Source: an uncultured delta proteobacterium
Lineage (GTDB): Bacteria > Desulfobacterota > Binatia > HRBIN30 > BPIQ01
Assembly: GCA_963761335.1 (NCBI GenBank)
Contig: CAVXGR010000012.1
Location: 736,001-800,000 of the forward strand
Reading direction: 5' to 3'
DNA: 64,000 bases
Below the pieces are notes generated by a model. That model saw only the letters and a list, made by a program, of their open reading frames with translations, did not search any database and was not told the origin of the DNA. Position 1 is the stretch's first letter, and the number at the start of each line of letters is the position of its first letter. Below are positions 24,896-35,258 of this stretch, one piece after another. The position numbers and the translations under genes were made by a program.

Positions 24896-25927
24896 CTACC
24901 AGAGCCGGGGCGGCGGCTCCTCGGCACTGCGGGCGCGGTCCAGAGCGCCGCCGCGCCGCCACATATAGCAGGAGTCGGGAAAGCCGCCCATGGCGACGAC
25001 GGAGGCGCTCTCCTTGAAGAGAATCGCCCACGGCTCCGAAAGCGCGGCGGCGCATTGCACGAAGGCCGGCGCCATCATCAGCAGGGCGTCGAGGAGAGGT
25101 CGATCGTCGGGCGCCTCGCCGAAGCGGGCCAGCAGCACGCGCGTGATTCCCCGCAGCAACGGGGTTCCCTCGAGCCCCTCGAGAGCCGCAGTGCGCTCGA
25201 CCCAGGGTGCCTCGAGGTCGTCGAGGCGGCGCCGGCGCTCCGCCCCCTCCACCTTCCCGAGGACCACACCGCGCATGTCGACCGAACCGCTGAGGCGCAC
25301 CTCGAGCTGCTGACCGAGGCGCTCCAGCGGCCGGGCCACGGGCGCCGCCGGCGCGCAGTGGATGTCGGTGAGCTGCACGGAGAGCTGCATCTCGCCGGCG
25401 GACGGCTCGCTGCCGTCGACGATGACGTCGCGCGCGAAAACCCGCTCTCCGGCTCGCCAGGCGCGCCCGCCGCGCCGGCGCCGCTGCGCTTCCCGCTCCA
25501 GGGCCCACACCGCCGTCGAGCCCAGCAGCTGCGCCAGTGTGAGGATGTGCGAGCAGCCGCGCGGGCCGCCGAGCACCGCGTTCAACCGCCGCGCGAAATC
25601 GCCGTCGAGCGGCGCACCCGCCATCGATTCGATGAGCCGGATGGGATCCCGACAGCTCTCGCCGGCGCTCAGCGGCGAGGACTCGAAGGCGACGGCGGGC
25701 TGCTCGGCGGAAATCGACTCGAGGACACCGGCGCGCGGATCGACGACGGCGCGCAGGAGCATGTGGTGCACGATCCCGGGCCCCTGCAGATCGCCGCCGA
25801 CGGGGACGAAGCCCCGCTTGCGCAGGTCGATGAGGTAGGCGCGGGCCTCGAGCTTGTCCTCGCGGCTCGACAGCGTCACGCGCAGCGCCCGGGTGTGCAG
25901 CGGATGACCACGCGCCTCGATATGCAT
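24896..25927 (-). CDS. DUF2889-like protein
   Basis: PLHTR, VHHM, LGGPRGCSHI, DSCYMW motifs; start at MHIEARG. Confidence 0.7.
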   Translation of the reverse strand: MHIEARGHPLHTRALRVTLSSREDKLEARAYLIDLRKRGFVPVGGDLQGPGIVHHMLLRAVVDPRAGVLESISAEQPAVAFESSPLSAGESCRDPIRLIESMAGAPLDGDFARRLNAVLGGPRGCSHILTLAQLLGSTAVWALEREAQRRRRGGRAWRAGERVFARDVIVDGSEPSAGEMQLSVQLTDIHCAPAAPVARPLERLGQQLEVRLSGSVDMRGVVLGKVEGAERRRRLDDLEAPWVERTAALEGLEGTPLLRGITRVLLARFGEAPDDRPLLDALLMMAPAFVQCAAALSEPWAILFKESASVVAMGGFPDSCYMWRRGGALDRARSAEEPPPRLW

Positions 25928-25929
25928 CC

Positions 25930-27078
25930 TCAGCCCTCCCGCTCTTCCAGCTCGGTCTTCATCTGCACGAAGCGAGTGACACCGGTGCGGGTGATGAGAC
26001 CGAGGAGCCGATCGCCGTCGGTCACCAGGAGGCGTCCGAGGTCGGCTTCCACCATGTGCCGCAGCGCCGCCGACACCGTCGCCGTCGCGGCCACGCGGGC
26101 GCTCTCGTCCGCCGGGCGCATGATGTCCCGCACCCGTCGCAGGTTGCGCTCCGCCGCCGGGCAGTGGCGCACCTGGTTCATCGACACCAACCCCTCGGCG
26201 CGGCCGTCGCCGGCGACCGGGAAGCCGCCGTAGCCGTAGCGCAGGAAGTAATTCTCGACGGCGTCGGCGACGGTGACCTCGGCGGGAATGGTCACCGGGT
26301 TGCTGATCATGATGTCGCGCACCCGCGTCTGGCTGAGGACGTGCTCGACGACCACGCCATGATAGCTGGCGCGCGCCGCGCCGCGCAGGAACATGGCGAT
26401 GAAAATGAGCCACAGGCCGCCGATCAGGGCGCCGGCGAAGATCTGCAGGGCCCCGAGGACCATGAGGCCGATGGCGATGCCGGCGCCCCAGTCCGCGGCC
26501 CGCGCCGTGGCCGCGCGCAGATCGCCGGACCGCCTCCAGAAGTAGGAGCGCAGCAGCCGGCCGCCGTCGAGCGGAAAGCCCGGGAGGAGGTTGAACACCG
26601 CCAGCGCCACGTTGATGAAGAACAGGTAGTGAAACACCGCCACCCACAGCTCCGGAACGCCGGACGAGGCCAGAAGGACGGAGATGCCCCAGAAGACGCC
26701 GCCCAGCACCAGGCTCGTCAGCGGCCCCATGGCGGCGATCTTGAACTCCGTCGAGGCGTCCTTCGGCTCCCGTGACAGATGCGCCATGCCCCCGAAGATG
26801 AAGAGGGTGATGCGGCGCACTTCCTGTCCGAGGCTGTTCGCCATGATCGCGTGCGAGAGCTCGTGGATGAGCACCGAGGCGAAGAAGAGGAGCGTCCCCG
26901 CAAAGCCGACGACCCAGTAGCCGGCGCGCGCGTGTCCCGGATAGGCCTGCGGGAAATATCCCGCGGACAGGCTCCACAGCACCAGCAGGAAGATGATCAG
27001 CCAGGAGTAGTCGATGGCGATCTGCACGCCGGCGACACGGAAGAGGTCGAGCCCGCCACGAGTCTGGTTGTCGGCCAT
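25930..27078 (-). CDS. Site-2 protease (M50) with two CBS domains
   Basis: HELSH zinc motif, FNLLPGFPLDGGR, two VRDIM CBS repeats. Confidence 0.93.
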   Translation of the reverse strand: MADNQTRGGLDLFRVAGVQIAIDYSWLIIFLLVLWSLSAGYFPQAYPGHARAGYWVVGFAGTLLFFASVLIHELSHAIMANSLGQEVRRITLFIFGGMAHLSREPKDASTEFKIAAMGPLTSLVLGGVFWGISVLLASSGVPELWVAVFHYLFFINVALAVFNLLPGFPLDGGRLLRSYFWRRSGDLRAATARAADWGAGIAIGLMVLGALQIFAGALIGGLWLIFIAMFLRGAARASYHGVVVEHVLSQTRVRDIMISNPVTIPAEVTVADAVENYFLRYGYGGFPVAGDGRAEGLVSMNQVRHCPAAERNLRRVRDIMRPADESARVAATATVSAALRHMVEADLGRLLVTDGDRLLGLITRTGVTRFVQMKTELEEREG

Positions 27079-27098
27079 GATGGGTTCAAATCTGCCAG

Positions 27099-27310
27099 GA
27101 CTGCCCGGCCGTCTCAATGGGTGCGGGCTCCCTCTCCCACATTGTTGCCGGCGGGAGAGGGACAGGGTGACGCCGCAGAAATCGCAAACTTTCAGTGAAG
27201 AAGCCCCTCACCTTGATCCTCTCCCCGCGGAAAAAATGCGGGGAGAGGAGACCCTTCCGCGAGATGGGCAAGCGCAACAGGGAGGTCGGATCGGCAAGTC
27301 AGGACAGTAC
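27099..27310. repeat. MITE-like element, copy 3
   Basis: Core 27122-27255 matches 48663-48820; right end AGGACAGTAC. Confidence 0.78.
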
Positions 27311-27367
27311 CCACCCGTCGTTCCCATTTGACTGCGGCACTCCGTCTCGGGAATAGTAGCTCGAGCC

Positions 27368-28231
27368 GTGAATGGAGTGAGCGAAGCACAAGCCGCGGCG
27401 CTGTCCGTCGTCGTCCCCGTATACAACGCCGAGTCCTTCATCGCCGAGAGCTTGCGCGAGCTGATCGGCTATCTCTCGGCCTCGCCGCGGCGCGCCGAGA
27501 TCATCGTGGTCGACGACGGCAGCAGCGACGCCACCGCGCAGCGCGCCCGCGATACCGCGGCAACCGCGCCCCTGCCGGTGCGCGTCGTGCGCAGCGAGGC
27601 AAACTGCGGCAAGGGCGCCGCCGTGCGCCGTGGCATGCAGCTGGCCGGCGGCGCCCAGCGCGTTTTCCTCGACGCCGATCTGGCCTATCCCCCGGACCAG
27701 ATCGAGCGTGTGTGCCGCGGCCTCGAGGCGGGCGCCGACGTCGTCGTCGCTTCCCGCGTCCACCCGGAATCGCGCTACGTCATCAGCCCCTCGTTCTTTC
27801 GCTATCTCTACACGCGGCATCTCGCCGGGCGGCTCTTCAACGCCATCGTGCGGCTGCTGCTCCTGCCCGGCATCCGCGACTCGCAGGCCGGGCTCAAGGG
27901 GTTCACCGCCAGCTCGGCGCGCATTCTCTTTCGCGATTGGACACCCGCGGGCTTCGGCTTCGACCTCGCCATCCTCTTCGGGGCGCGGCGACGGGGCATG
28001 CGGGTCGTGCAGATCCCGGTCGTCTACCGCTACGACAGTGAGGCCACGACGGTCCGCTTCATGCTCGATACGCTGCTGGTGCTGCGCGATCTGGCGCACA
28101 TCCGCGCCCGCGCCGTCTTCGGGGCCCTGCGCCGGCGCCGGCGACGCCGCCGGCGAGCCGCAGCCGCGGCCGCGCACCCGGCGCGAAACCGCGAGGCCGA
28201 GAGACGAGGCGCGGCCCCCGAGCACACCTGA
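27368..28231 (+). CDS. GT2 glycosyltransferase (polyprenol-phosphate glycosyltransferase-like)
   Basis: LSVVVPVYN, VVDDGSSD, GKGAAVRRG, FLDADL, DSQAGLKGF. Confidence 0.88.
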   Translation: MNGVSEAQAAALSVVVPVYNAESFIAESLRELIGYLSASPRRAEIIVVDDGSSDATAQRARDTAATAPLPVRVVRSEANCGKGAAVRRGMQLAGGAQRVFLDADLAYPPDQIERVCRGLEAGADVVVASRVHPESRYVISPSFFRYLYTRHLAGRLFNAIVRLLLLPGIRDSQAGLKGFTASSARILFRDWTPAGFGFDLAILFGARRRGMRVVQIPVVYRYDSEATTVRFMLDTLLVLRDLAHIRARAVFGALRRRRRRRRRAAAAAAHPARNREAERRGAAPEHT

Positions 28232-28250
28232 AGGCGGAGGAGGACGCGGA

Positions 28251-29117
28251 GTGATCACCAATCGGCATGCGCTCGCGGGGCGCGCTGCAATCGCCGCGGC
28301 TCTGGCTCTGGTGCTGGCGGGCCAGGCCGCGGCGCAGGGCGAGAGCCCGGTTGCAGCAATGATCGACGCCGGTCGATACCAGGAGGCGTACGCCGCCGCC
28401 AGCAGCGGCGGCCAGCTTGCCGATCCCAAGTCGCTCGCCGCCCTGGCGCGACTGCTTCTGCGCCACTCCATCGCCAGCCCCAACGAGGCGGTGCGCTGGT
28501 CGGCGCTGCGCGCCGCGCGCTCGCTGGGGGACCCCGAGATCGCCGCCGCCGCCAAACCGCTGGCGCGCGACGGCGGTCGCTACGAGCGCTCGCTGGCGCT
28601 CGAGGTCCTGGCGAACGCCGACCCGGTCGGTAATCGCGACATCTTCATCGGCTCTCTGCGCTCGCCGTACCGCACCGTCCGCCTGCGTGCCCTGCGGGCC
28701 CTGAGCGGCTTCCGCGATGCCGACCTGGTTCCCCTGTTCGCCACCGTTCTCGGCGAGGACGACGATCCGGAGCTGCGCGCCTTCGCGGCTCGGGCGCTCG
28801 GCGCTTCGCGATCGCCCAGCGCCATCGCGCCGCTGACCACCGGCCTCGAGGACAAGATGGCGGTGGTGCAGGAGGAGTCGGTGCGCGCCCTGGTGGAGCT
28901 CGGCGACAAGAACGTCGGCGCCCTTCTGCGACAGCGGCTGGAGGACGTCAGCCCCGGCGATCGCGCCCGCGTGATTCGCCTGCTCTCCCTGGTGCCCGAC
29001 CCGCGGCTGGCGATGGCGCTGGCGCCCTATCTCGGCAACGACGACGCCGAGGTGCGCGCCGCGGCCGCCGCCGCCATCCTGCAGGTGCAGCGGCCGCCGG
29101 GCGCGGAGTCGCGCTGA
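28251..29117 (+). CDS. Secreted HEAT-repeat protein
   Basis: Signal peptide; repeats VRWSALRA, VRLRALRAL, LRAFAARALG, VRAAAAAA. Confidence 0.75.
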   Translation: MITNRHALAGRAAIAAALALVLAGQAAAQGESPVAAMIDAGRYQEAYAAASSGGQLADPKSLAALARLLLRHSIASPNEAVRWSALRAARSLGDPEIAAAAKPLARDGGRYERSLALEVLANADPVGNRDIFIGSLRSPYRTVRLRALRALSGFRDADLVPLFATVLGEDDDPELRAFAARALGASRSPSAIAPLTTGLEDKMAVVQEESVRALVELGDKNVGALLRQRLEDVSPGDRARVIRLLSLVPDPRLAMALAPYLGNDDAEVRAAAAAAILQVQRPPGAESR

Positions 29118-29740
29118 TGGCAATGCCCGCGGCGGTGCGTCACTTCGATACGGCCGCCGCCAGATACAGCCGCTTCCGCGGCGGGGCGCTGCTGGGCATG
29201 CTGCGGCGGCAGGAGCGCCAGGCGCTGATCAACATGGCCCGCCTGCGCCCCGGCGACCGCGTTCTCGACGCCGGCTGCGGCGACGGCGAGGTGCTCGAAT
29301 GGCTCCGCCAGCGCGGCACCCGCGCCGTTGGCATCGACGCCTCGTCCGGGATGGCCGCGGTCTGCCGGCGGCGCGGCCTGCCGGTCTCCGTCCAGGACAT
29401 GGAGCGGCTCGGCGTGCGCCCGGTCTTCGATTGGGTGATGTGCATCGGCGCTCTGGAGTTTGCCGCCGACCCGCGGCGCGCCCTGTGCGGCCTGGCCGGC
29501 TCCCTCGGCCCCCATGGGCGGCTGATCCTGCTCTTTCCCCGCCGCAGCCTGCTGAATCGGCTGTACGCCGCTTACCACCGCGCCCATGGCGTCGCCATCT
29601 CGGTCTTCTCCGCGGAGCAGATCACCGCCTGGCTACGCGATGCCGGCATGCAGGCGCCCCGCGAATGGCACCACTGCACCCTCTCCACGCTCTGCCTCGC
29701 CGAACGCTGCGGCGCCGTCGTGGCTCCCGGGCCGGCATGA
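29117..29740 (+). CDS. Class I SAM-dependent methyltransferase
   Basis: VLDAGCGDG motif I, GIDAS. Confidence 0.85.
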   Translation: MAMPAAVRHFDTAAARYSRFRGGALLGMLRRQERQALINMARLRPGDRVLDAGCGDGEVLEWLRQRGTRAVGIDASSGMAAVCRRRGLPVSVQDMERLGVRPVFDWVMCIGALEFAADPRRALCGLAGSLGPHGRLILLFPRRSLLNRLYAAYHRAHGVAISVFSAEQITAWLRDAGMQAPREWHHCTLSTLCLAERCGAVVAPGPA

Positions 29741-30606
29741 AGCCCCTGCTGCTCACCTTCGACGTCGAAGAGTTCGATCTCCCCTCGCTTCTGGGACGGC
29801 CGCTCTCTCCACGGCAGCAGATCCAGGTCACCGACGAGGGCGTCGGGCTCCTTCTACCGCTTCTCGCCGAGCGCGCTGTGCGCGCCACCTTCTTCGTCAC
29901 GGCGCGCTTTGCGCGCGCCCGCCCGCAGACGGTACGCCGGCTCGCCGCCGCCGGTCACGAGATCGCCGTGCATGGCCTGCGCCACGCCGACGACTACGGA
30001 TGCATGGAGCCGGGGCGCGCCGGGCGCCGACTCGAGCGGGCGCGGCAGATCGTCGAGGAGGTCGCCGGGGCGCCCGCCGCCGGCGTGCGCATGCCCCGCC
30101 TGCGCCCCTGCCCTCCGGCAGTGATCTGCGGCGCCGGATTCGAGTACGACGCCACCCCGCATCCGACCTGGGTTCCCGGCCGCTACAGCGGCCTGCACTG
30201 GCCGCGCGCACCCTGGCGCGAAGACGGCGTGGTGCGGGTCCCCATCTCGGTGCTGCCCGGAATACGCCTGCCGGTCTCCTGGATCTGGTACCGCGTCGCC
30301 GGCGCCCGGCTGGGCGGCGCCGCGGCCCGACTGGCCGCCGCCAGAGCGCCCTTCCTGCACCTCTACTTCCACCCCTGGGAGGCGCTGCCGATCGCCCGTT
30401 TCGGTGTGCCGCGGCTGCTGGCGGTGCGCAGCGGCCCCGCCTTTCTGGGTTCGCTCGACGGCCTGCTGCGGACCGCGGCAGACCGCTTCCAGCCGATGCC
30501 CGTCGGCGAGTACGTGACCGGGATCGCCGATACCTGGGAGCGCCGCCCGCCCAGCCGCCTCACCGGGTCGGAGAGCTTTCCCGAGGGACCGACGGCGCGC
30601 TCGTGA
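29737..30606 (+). CDS. Polysaccharide deacetylase family protein
   Basis: LTFDVEE, ATFFV, GHEIAVHG..H, YFHPWE; ATGA overlap with upstream gene. Confidence 0.85.
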   Translation: MKPLLLTFDVEEFDLPSLLGRPLSPRQQIQVTDEGVGLLLPLLAERAVRATFFVTARFARARPQTVRRLAAAGHEIAVHGLRHADDYGCMEPGRAGRRLERARQIVEEVAGAPAAGVRMPRLRPCPPAVICGAGFEYDATPHPTWVPGRYSGLHWPRAPWREDGVVRVPISVLPGIRLPVSWIWYRVAGARLGGAAARLAAARAPFLHLYFHPWEALPIARFGVPRLLAVRSGPAFLGSLDGLLRTAADRFQPMPVGEYVTGIADTWERRPPSRLTGSESFPEGPTARS

Positions 30607-31477
30607 TCTTCTCGCCAACCATGGCGATCAGGTAGCCGAAGTACCCGGGCCAGCGATAGCGGGTCTCGAGAAAATCGAACGGCCACAGGAGCAGCGGCGT
30701 CAGGCGGTACAGCGGAATGCCGCGGCGGAAGCAGAAGAGCTCCGCCATGCGCAGGAGGCCGGGAATGCTGAGAACGCCGCTGCGTGCCCGCACGCGCAGG
30801 CCGCCGGCCTCGAGCACTCGACGCAGCTCGCCGGCGCTGAACGACTTTTCCGGGCTGTAGGGGTACTTGTCGAATCGGTCCAGCACCTTCACCAACAATG
30901 GCCGCAGGAAGATGTTCCACCTGTGCGGCACGCCGATGATGGCCTTGCCCCCCGGGCGCAGCACGCGCGCAATCTCGGCGACGGCGTCGGGGTACTCGTC
31001 GATGTGCTCGATGGTCCCCATGGTGTACAGAAAATCGAATGAGTCACTGGCGAAGGGCAGATACCGAATGTCCGCCTGCGCCAGGCATACGGGACCCGTG
31101 GCTTCCTCAACCGACCGGCGTTTCGCCGTCGAGGTGATCACCGCGCTCACGTCGATGCCGAAGGTCTCCGCCCCCTGCGAGCGCATCCAGGAGAGGATGC
31201 GGGTGTTGAACGCCTCGTTCCACAGGTCCAGCTTGAGCACCCGCTTGCCGCGCAGCGAGCCGATGTGGCGCTGGATCAAGGCGATCTCGCAGCGACGGTA
31301 GTACTGCGTCGAGGGCGCCGGATAGAGGTCGACCATTCCCCCGGCGAGGCGCTCCCAGTGGGTGCGCTGCCGCTGCCGGGTCTCGGCGGCAGAGTCGACG
31401 GCCGTCGGCAACATCCCGCCGTCGACCGTCCCCACGCCAGTATCCACCACCTCTTCCACCCCGGCACGCGCAAACAT
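30560..31477 (-). CDS. Class I SAM-dependent methyltransferase
   Basis: ADIRYLPFASDSFD, GTIEH, EIARVLRPGG. Confidence 0.8.
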   Translation of the reverse strand: MFARAGVEEVVDTGVGTVDGGMLPTAVDSAAETRQRQRTHWERLAGGMVDLYPAPSTQYYRRCEIALIQRHIGSLRGKRVLKLDLWNEAFNTRILSWMRSQGAETFGIDVSAVITSTAKRRSVEEATGPVCLAQADIRYLPFASDSFDFLYTMGTIEHIDEYPDAVAEIARVLRPGGKAIIGVPHRWNIFLRPLLVKVLDRFDKYPYSPEKSFSAGELRRVLEAGGLRVRARSGVLSIPGLLRMAELFCFRRGIPLYRLTPLLLWPFDFLETRYRWPGYFGYLIAMVGEKITSAPSVPRESSPTR

Positions 31478-31530
31478 CGCCTGCTCCTACGGCAGGCGGG
31501 GCTACTGGTCAAGCAGAATGAGCCGACGGC

Positions 31531-32034
31531 TCAGCCGCCGTAGAAGGTTTTCTCGCCCAGGTCCTTGAGCCACAGCGTCGCATCGTCCGGCCGCCCGGAC
31601 GGCTGCTTGCTGATGCCGGCCTCGACCACCTCGCCGACGAACACCGAATGATCCCCCTTCTCGACGGTGTCCACCAGATTGCACTCGACGAACGCCGGAA
31701 CGTTCGCGAAGATCGGCGCGCCGGTCTTGCCGCTGCGAAAGGGCTCGCCGCTCAGCGTGTCGCCTTGACGCTCGGCGGGCTTGAAGAACGCGAACGCCAT
31801 CTTGCCCTGCTCCTTGCCGAGGACGTTGAGGGCAAAGGCACCGGCCTCCTTGATGACTTCATGGGCCGACGAGTCCGTCTTCACACCGACCACGACCAGC
31901 GGCGGGTTGAACGATGCCTGGGTGACCCAGTTCACCGTGGCCGCGGCGAAGCGGTCGTCCTTCGTCCTGCCGGTGAGCACATAAAGGCCGTAGGGGATCA
32001 TGCGCAGGGCAGTCTTCTTGGCGTCGGAATCCAT
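31531..32034 (-). CDS. Flavin reductase-like protein
   Basis: IPYGLYVL, WVTQASFNPP, GDHSVFVGEV. Confidence 0.9.
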   Translation of the reverse strand: MDSDAKKTALRMIPYGLYVLTGRTKDDRFAAATVNWVTQASFNPPLVVVGVKTDSSAHEVIKEAGAFALNVLGKEQGKMAFAFFKPAERQGDTLSGEPFRSGKTGAPIFANVPAFVECNLVDTVEKGDHSVFVGEVVEAGISKQPSGRPDDATLWLKDLGEKTFYGG

Positions 32035-32123
32035 GTCACCTCCGTTCGAAGTTGGTTGCGTCCCGCAATCGAGGACGCCACCCTAGCTCACGATTCCGCG
32101 ATGATCCACACGGAGAGTGCCGC

Positions 32124-32366
32124 CTATTTCGGCTGCTCTGCCGGCTTGTCTTTGCGGCGCTGCTGCTCCTTCTTGAAGGTCTCCAGCATCTCCTGCCGCG
32201 AGCGGAAGGTGCGCCGCGCCATCAGGCCTTGGTGGCAGTGATACTCGCCACGCTCGTGGTCCTGGTGACAGCCGAACTCGTCCAGACCTCCATCGTGGGC
32301 CATCACCGCCGGGCTCACGGCCATCAGGCCCACCATGGCAAAGCCGACCACCGCTGCTCTGATCAT
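32124..32366 (-). CDS. Small secreted YHYH-like protein
   Basis: Signal peptide followed by HDGGLDEFGCH...YHCH. Confidence 0.75.
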   Translation of the reverse strand: MIRAAVVGFAMVGLMAVSPAVMAHDGGLDEFGCHQDHERGEYHCHQGLMARRTFRSRQEMLETFKKEQQRRKDKPAEQPK

Positions 32367-32632
32367 AGTCCTCTCCCTCGACGCCCCGGGCGGCTCCGTC
32401 GGCGAGACCGCCAGGGGGATTGGCATTGGTGCGGATCTGCTCGCCTGTTTACTGCAGTCTCGCCACCACGCGCAACGGAAACTTTCGCTCCGGGGCAATG
32501 AAAGACGCGCCGGGCGGGGCCAGCCTTCGGGTCGAATTTTGAATCATCGGCCCGGGGGAGATACTGTTGAGCGAGGGCGCGCATTTCCCGCGGCCCCTCT
32601 GCCGCCTTGAACCCTGCGATTGGAGGCTTCTC

Positions 32633-32941
32633 ATGCCCGACAGCTGCGATCACCTGGATACCATCCGCGACGTGAACCCGAGCGCTCTCGGCTGCGAAGA
32701 GTGCCTGAAGATCGGCTCCCCGTGGGTGCACCTGCGCCTGTGCCGGACCTGCGGTCATGTGGGGTGCTGCGACAGCTCGCCGAACCGCCACGCCAGCAAG
32801 CACTTCCGAGCGACACGGCATCCCATCATCGAGGGCTACGATCCGCCCGAAGGGTGGGGATGGTGCTACGTCGACGAGGTCACTTTCGACCTTTCCGACC
32901 GAATGACCCCGCACAACGGTTCCATCCCCCGCTACGTCTGA
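32633..32941 (+). CDS. UBP-type zinc finger protein
   Basis: GCEECL..WVHLRLCRTCGHVGCCDSSPNRHA..H; GGAGG RBS. Confidence 0.92.
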   Translation: MPDSCDHLDTIRDVNPSALGCEECLKIGSPWVHLRLCRTCGHVGCCDSSPNRHASKHFRATRHPIIEGYDPPEGWGWCYVDEVTFDLSDRMTPHNGSIPRYV

Positions 32942-34233
32942 GACGCGCCGCGATCCGCTGACGCCGCCTCGTCTGTGGCGCCCGATGGCGGGGCCGGGAC
33001 GCGAGACTCCCCGTCGACGACGTCGCGCAGAAAAGATTCGACCTCGGTGACCGTGCGGCGGATGTCGAAGCGCTCTCTCACCGTCTCTCGCGCCGCGGCC
33101 GCCAGACGGTCGCTCAGTCCCGGGTCCGCATGGAGACGCAGCAGACATGCGGCCAGGGCCTCGGCGTCGCCGGGATCGAAGAGCAGGCCGTTCTCCTCGT
33201 GCTCGACCGCCTCGCCGATGCCCCCGAGGCTCGCCGCCACCACCGCCACTCCGGAGGCCATCGCCTCCTGCAGAATACGCGGCAGCGGCTCGGGCCAACG
33301 AGACGGCACCACGAGAGCGTCAAACTCCGCGAGCCTCTCCGGCATCTGCTCCCGCGGGACACGACCGCGAAAGCTCACCCGGTCCGCGATTTGCTGGCGC
33401 GCCACCTCGCGCCGGAGCTCCGCTTCGTAGTCGGGCGCGCCGCTGCCGATGATCGTCAGCGCCACCGCCGCTCCCCGCTGCCGGGCGACGGCGACGGCTC
33501 GAATCGCCACATCGACGCCCTTCTCCGGCGCCAGGCGGCAGGCGCAACAGAGCGCCAACGGCTCGCCCGGGCGGCGCCGCCGCGCCGCCGATCCGTTGAA
33601 GCGCCGCACGTCGATGCCATTGCGGATCACCCGGGCGTCCGGCCCGGCGACTCCCGCTTCGAGCAGGCGCCGGCGCACCGCCTCGCTCACGCAGGCGACA
33701 TGACGCATCCGCAGCGGCGGCGTGCCCCCGCGGCGCAGCGCTTCGCTCCAGCCCATGATCCGCTTCAGCGGTAGCGCCCAGAAATGGCGCGCCGGCGACG
33801 TCCAGTGAAGGGAGTAGGCATCGGGCAGCAGCGGCCAGTAGTCGGCGACGTAGCCCACCAGCGGAACGGCGCCGAGCGGCTCGAAATCCATCAGCAAGCC
33901 CCGCTGAAGGTTCCACATGCCCCAGGACACGACGACATCGGGCTGGACGGAGCCCATCGCTCGGCGCAGGGTGTGGAGGTTCTGGCGCAGTCGCCGCCTT
34001 CTGCCGATCAGGGCACTCCACGTTCCCCGCCAAGGGCGCAGATCGACCTCGAGGTGGAGCCGCCGCAGCACGTCCGCATCACTCCCCTCCCTCTCCGACA
34101 CGCCGTGTCGACTGGTGAGCACGGCCACCCGGTGCCCGCGGCTCTGCAGGCCGCTGCGAACCTCGGCGCAGAGCTCCTCGTACCCGCCGAGGTGATGCGG
34201 CGGAAAGAAGTTACACAGGAAGAGGATTCGCAT
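32932..34233 (-). CDS. GT4 glycosyltransferase
   Basis: MRILFL..FPP..GGYE, NGID, EKG, PSRWPEP..EAMASG. Confidence 0.88.
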   Translation of the reverse strand: MRILFLCNFFPPHHLGGYEELCAEVRSGLQSRGHRVAVLTSRHGVSEREGSDADVLRRLHLEVDLRPWRGTWSALIGRRRRLRQNLHTLRRAMGSVQPDVVVSWGMWNLQRGLLMDFEPLGAVPLVGYVADYWPLLPDAYSLHWTSPARHFWALPLKRIMGWSEALRRGGTPPLRMRHVACVSEAVRRRLLEAGVAGPDARVIRNGIDVRRFNGSAARRRRPGEPLALCCACRLAPEKGVDVAIRAVAVARQRGAAVALTIIGSGAPDYEAELRREVARQQIADRVSFRGRVPREQMPERLAEFDALVVPSRWPEPLPRILQEAMASGVAVVAASLGGIGEAVEHEENGLLFDPGDAEALAACLLRLHADPGLSDRLAAAARETVRERFDIRRTVTEVESFLRDVVDGESRVPAPPSGATDEAASADRGASQT

Positions 34234-34259
34234 CGCCGCACCCGTCCCGGCCGTTACCC

Positions 34260-35258
34260 TCAGACCCCCCGCCGCAGGACGAGGTCGAGTCGGCGCCAGA
34301 ACACCGACCGCGGCGCTCCTCCGGCGCGAGCGGCGCCGAGACAGCTGCCGGCGATCCGCGCCGCGCTCAGCAGCGGCGCGCGCGCGGCGAGCCCGACGCG
34401 AGAGAGAAAAGGTCGCGGCTCGGCCCACACTCCCGAGGTCGTCTCCAACGTCGAGCGCAGCCAGGATGCGGCGGCGGACCGCGGGGTGCGGTAGACGCGG
34501 TGACCGAACAAGCGCACGACCAGCTCGTGATCCGCGTAGGCGCGCTTGAGCTCGTACCACCATGAGCGATCGTGCGAGTGATAGACGACCGACGCCGGCT
34601 CGAAGACGAGAGCATACCCCGCCCGGATCACGCGCTGCGCCCACTCGAGGTCCTCGCCGTAGGGCAGCTCGGCGAACGGGTAGCGCGCCAGCACCTCGCG
34701 GCGAACGCACGAGCTGTTGTTGTGAAACGTCGACAGAGCGAACTTCTCGCTCGGCGCCAGCGCCTCCCAGCGGCGGCCGTCCAGGGCCTGCCGACGGGGC
34801 GCGCTCGTTCCGGGAAGAGCCCGGCGCGCCGGCACCGACACCAAGGCGCTGTCGTGCGGCCACGTCGTCTGCCGGCTATAGCTTGCAGCTGCACCGGGCG
34901 TCTCCGCAGCATCGATCAGGTTGCGGAGCCAGTCCTCGTTCGCCGCCACGGCGTCCTGCACCAGAAAGACGATGAAATCCCCTGCCGCCATGTCGGCGGC
35001 GAGATTGCGGGTACCGCCGTGGTTGAACTGCTCCGCACGGATGCGCTCGGCGCGCACCGGAAAGGCGCGCAACTCCTCCCAGCTGCCGTCGGTCGAGCCC
35101 GAGTCGATGGCGATCACCTCGAACGGCCACGGCGTCTTCTGCGAAACGACACGGCGCAGACACTCGCGCAGAAGAGGTAGGCCGTTGCGGACCGGCAAGA
35201 CGACACTCACCCGCGGCCGCTCGCCGGCCGGGCTCAGGCGCGAAGCGGCAGATTGCAC
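34260..35258 (-). CDS. GT2 glycosyltransferase (rhamnosyltransferase-like)
   Basis: IDSGSTDG, FNHGGTRN, FLVQDA, GEDLEW, VYHSH; start uncertain. Confidence 0.83.
   Translation of the reverse strand: MQSAASRLSPAGERPRVSVVLPVRNGLPLLRECLRRVVSQKTPWPFEVIAIDSGSTDGSWEELRAFPVRAERIRAEQFNHGGTRNLAADMAAGDFIVFLVQDAVAANEDWLRNLIDAAETPGAAASYSRQTTWPHDSALVSVPARRALPGTSAPRRQALDGRRWEALAPSEKFALSTFHNNSSCVRREVLARYPFAELPYGEDLEWAQRVIRAGYALVFEPASVVYHSHDRSWWYELKRAYADHELVVRLFGHRVYRTPRSAAASWLRSTLETTSGVWAEPRPFLSRVGLAARAPLLSAARIAGSCLGAARAGGAPRSVFWRRLDLVLRRGV

Noticed and set aside
24896..26977. 693-aa ORF, and extended ORFs 22397-24487, 27630-29117, 29299-30606, 32932-34863, 34260-36104, 39486-41495, 53995-55200
   Set aside because: N-terminal extensions overlap neighbouring genes or repeats; starts were reassigned downstream
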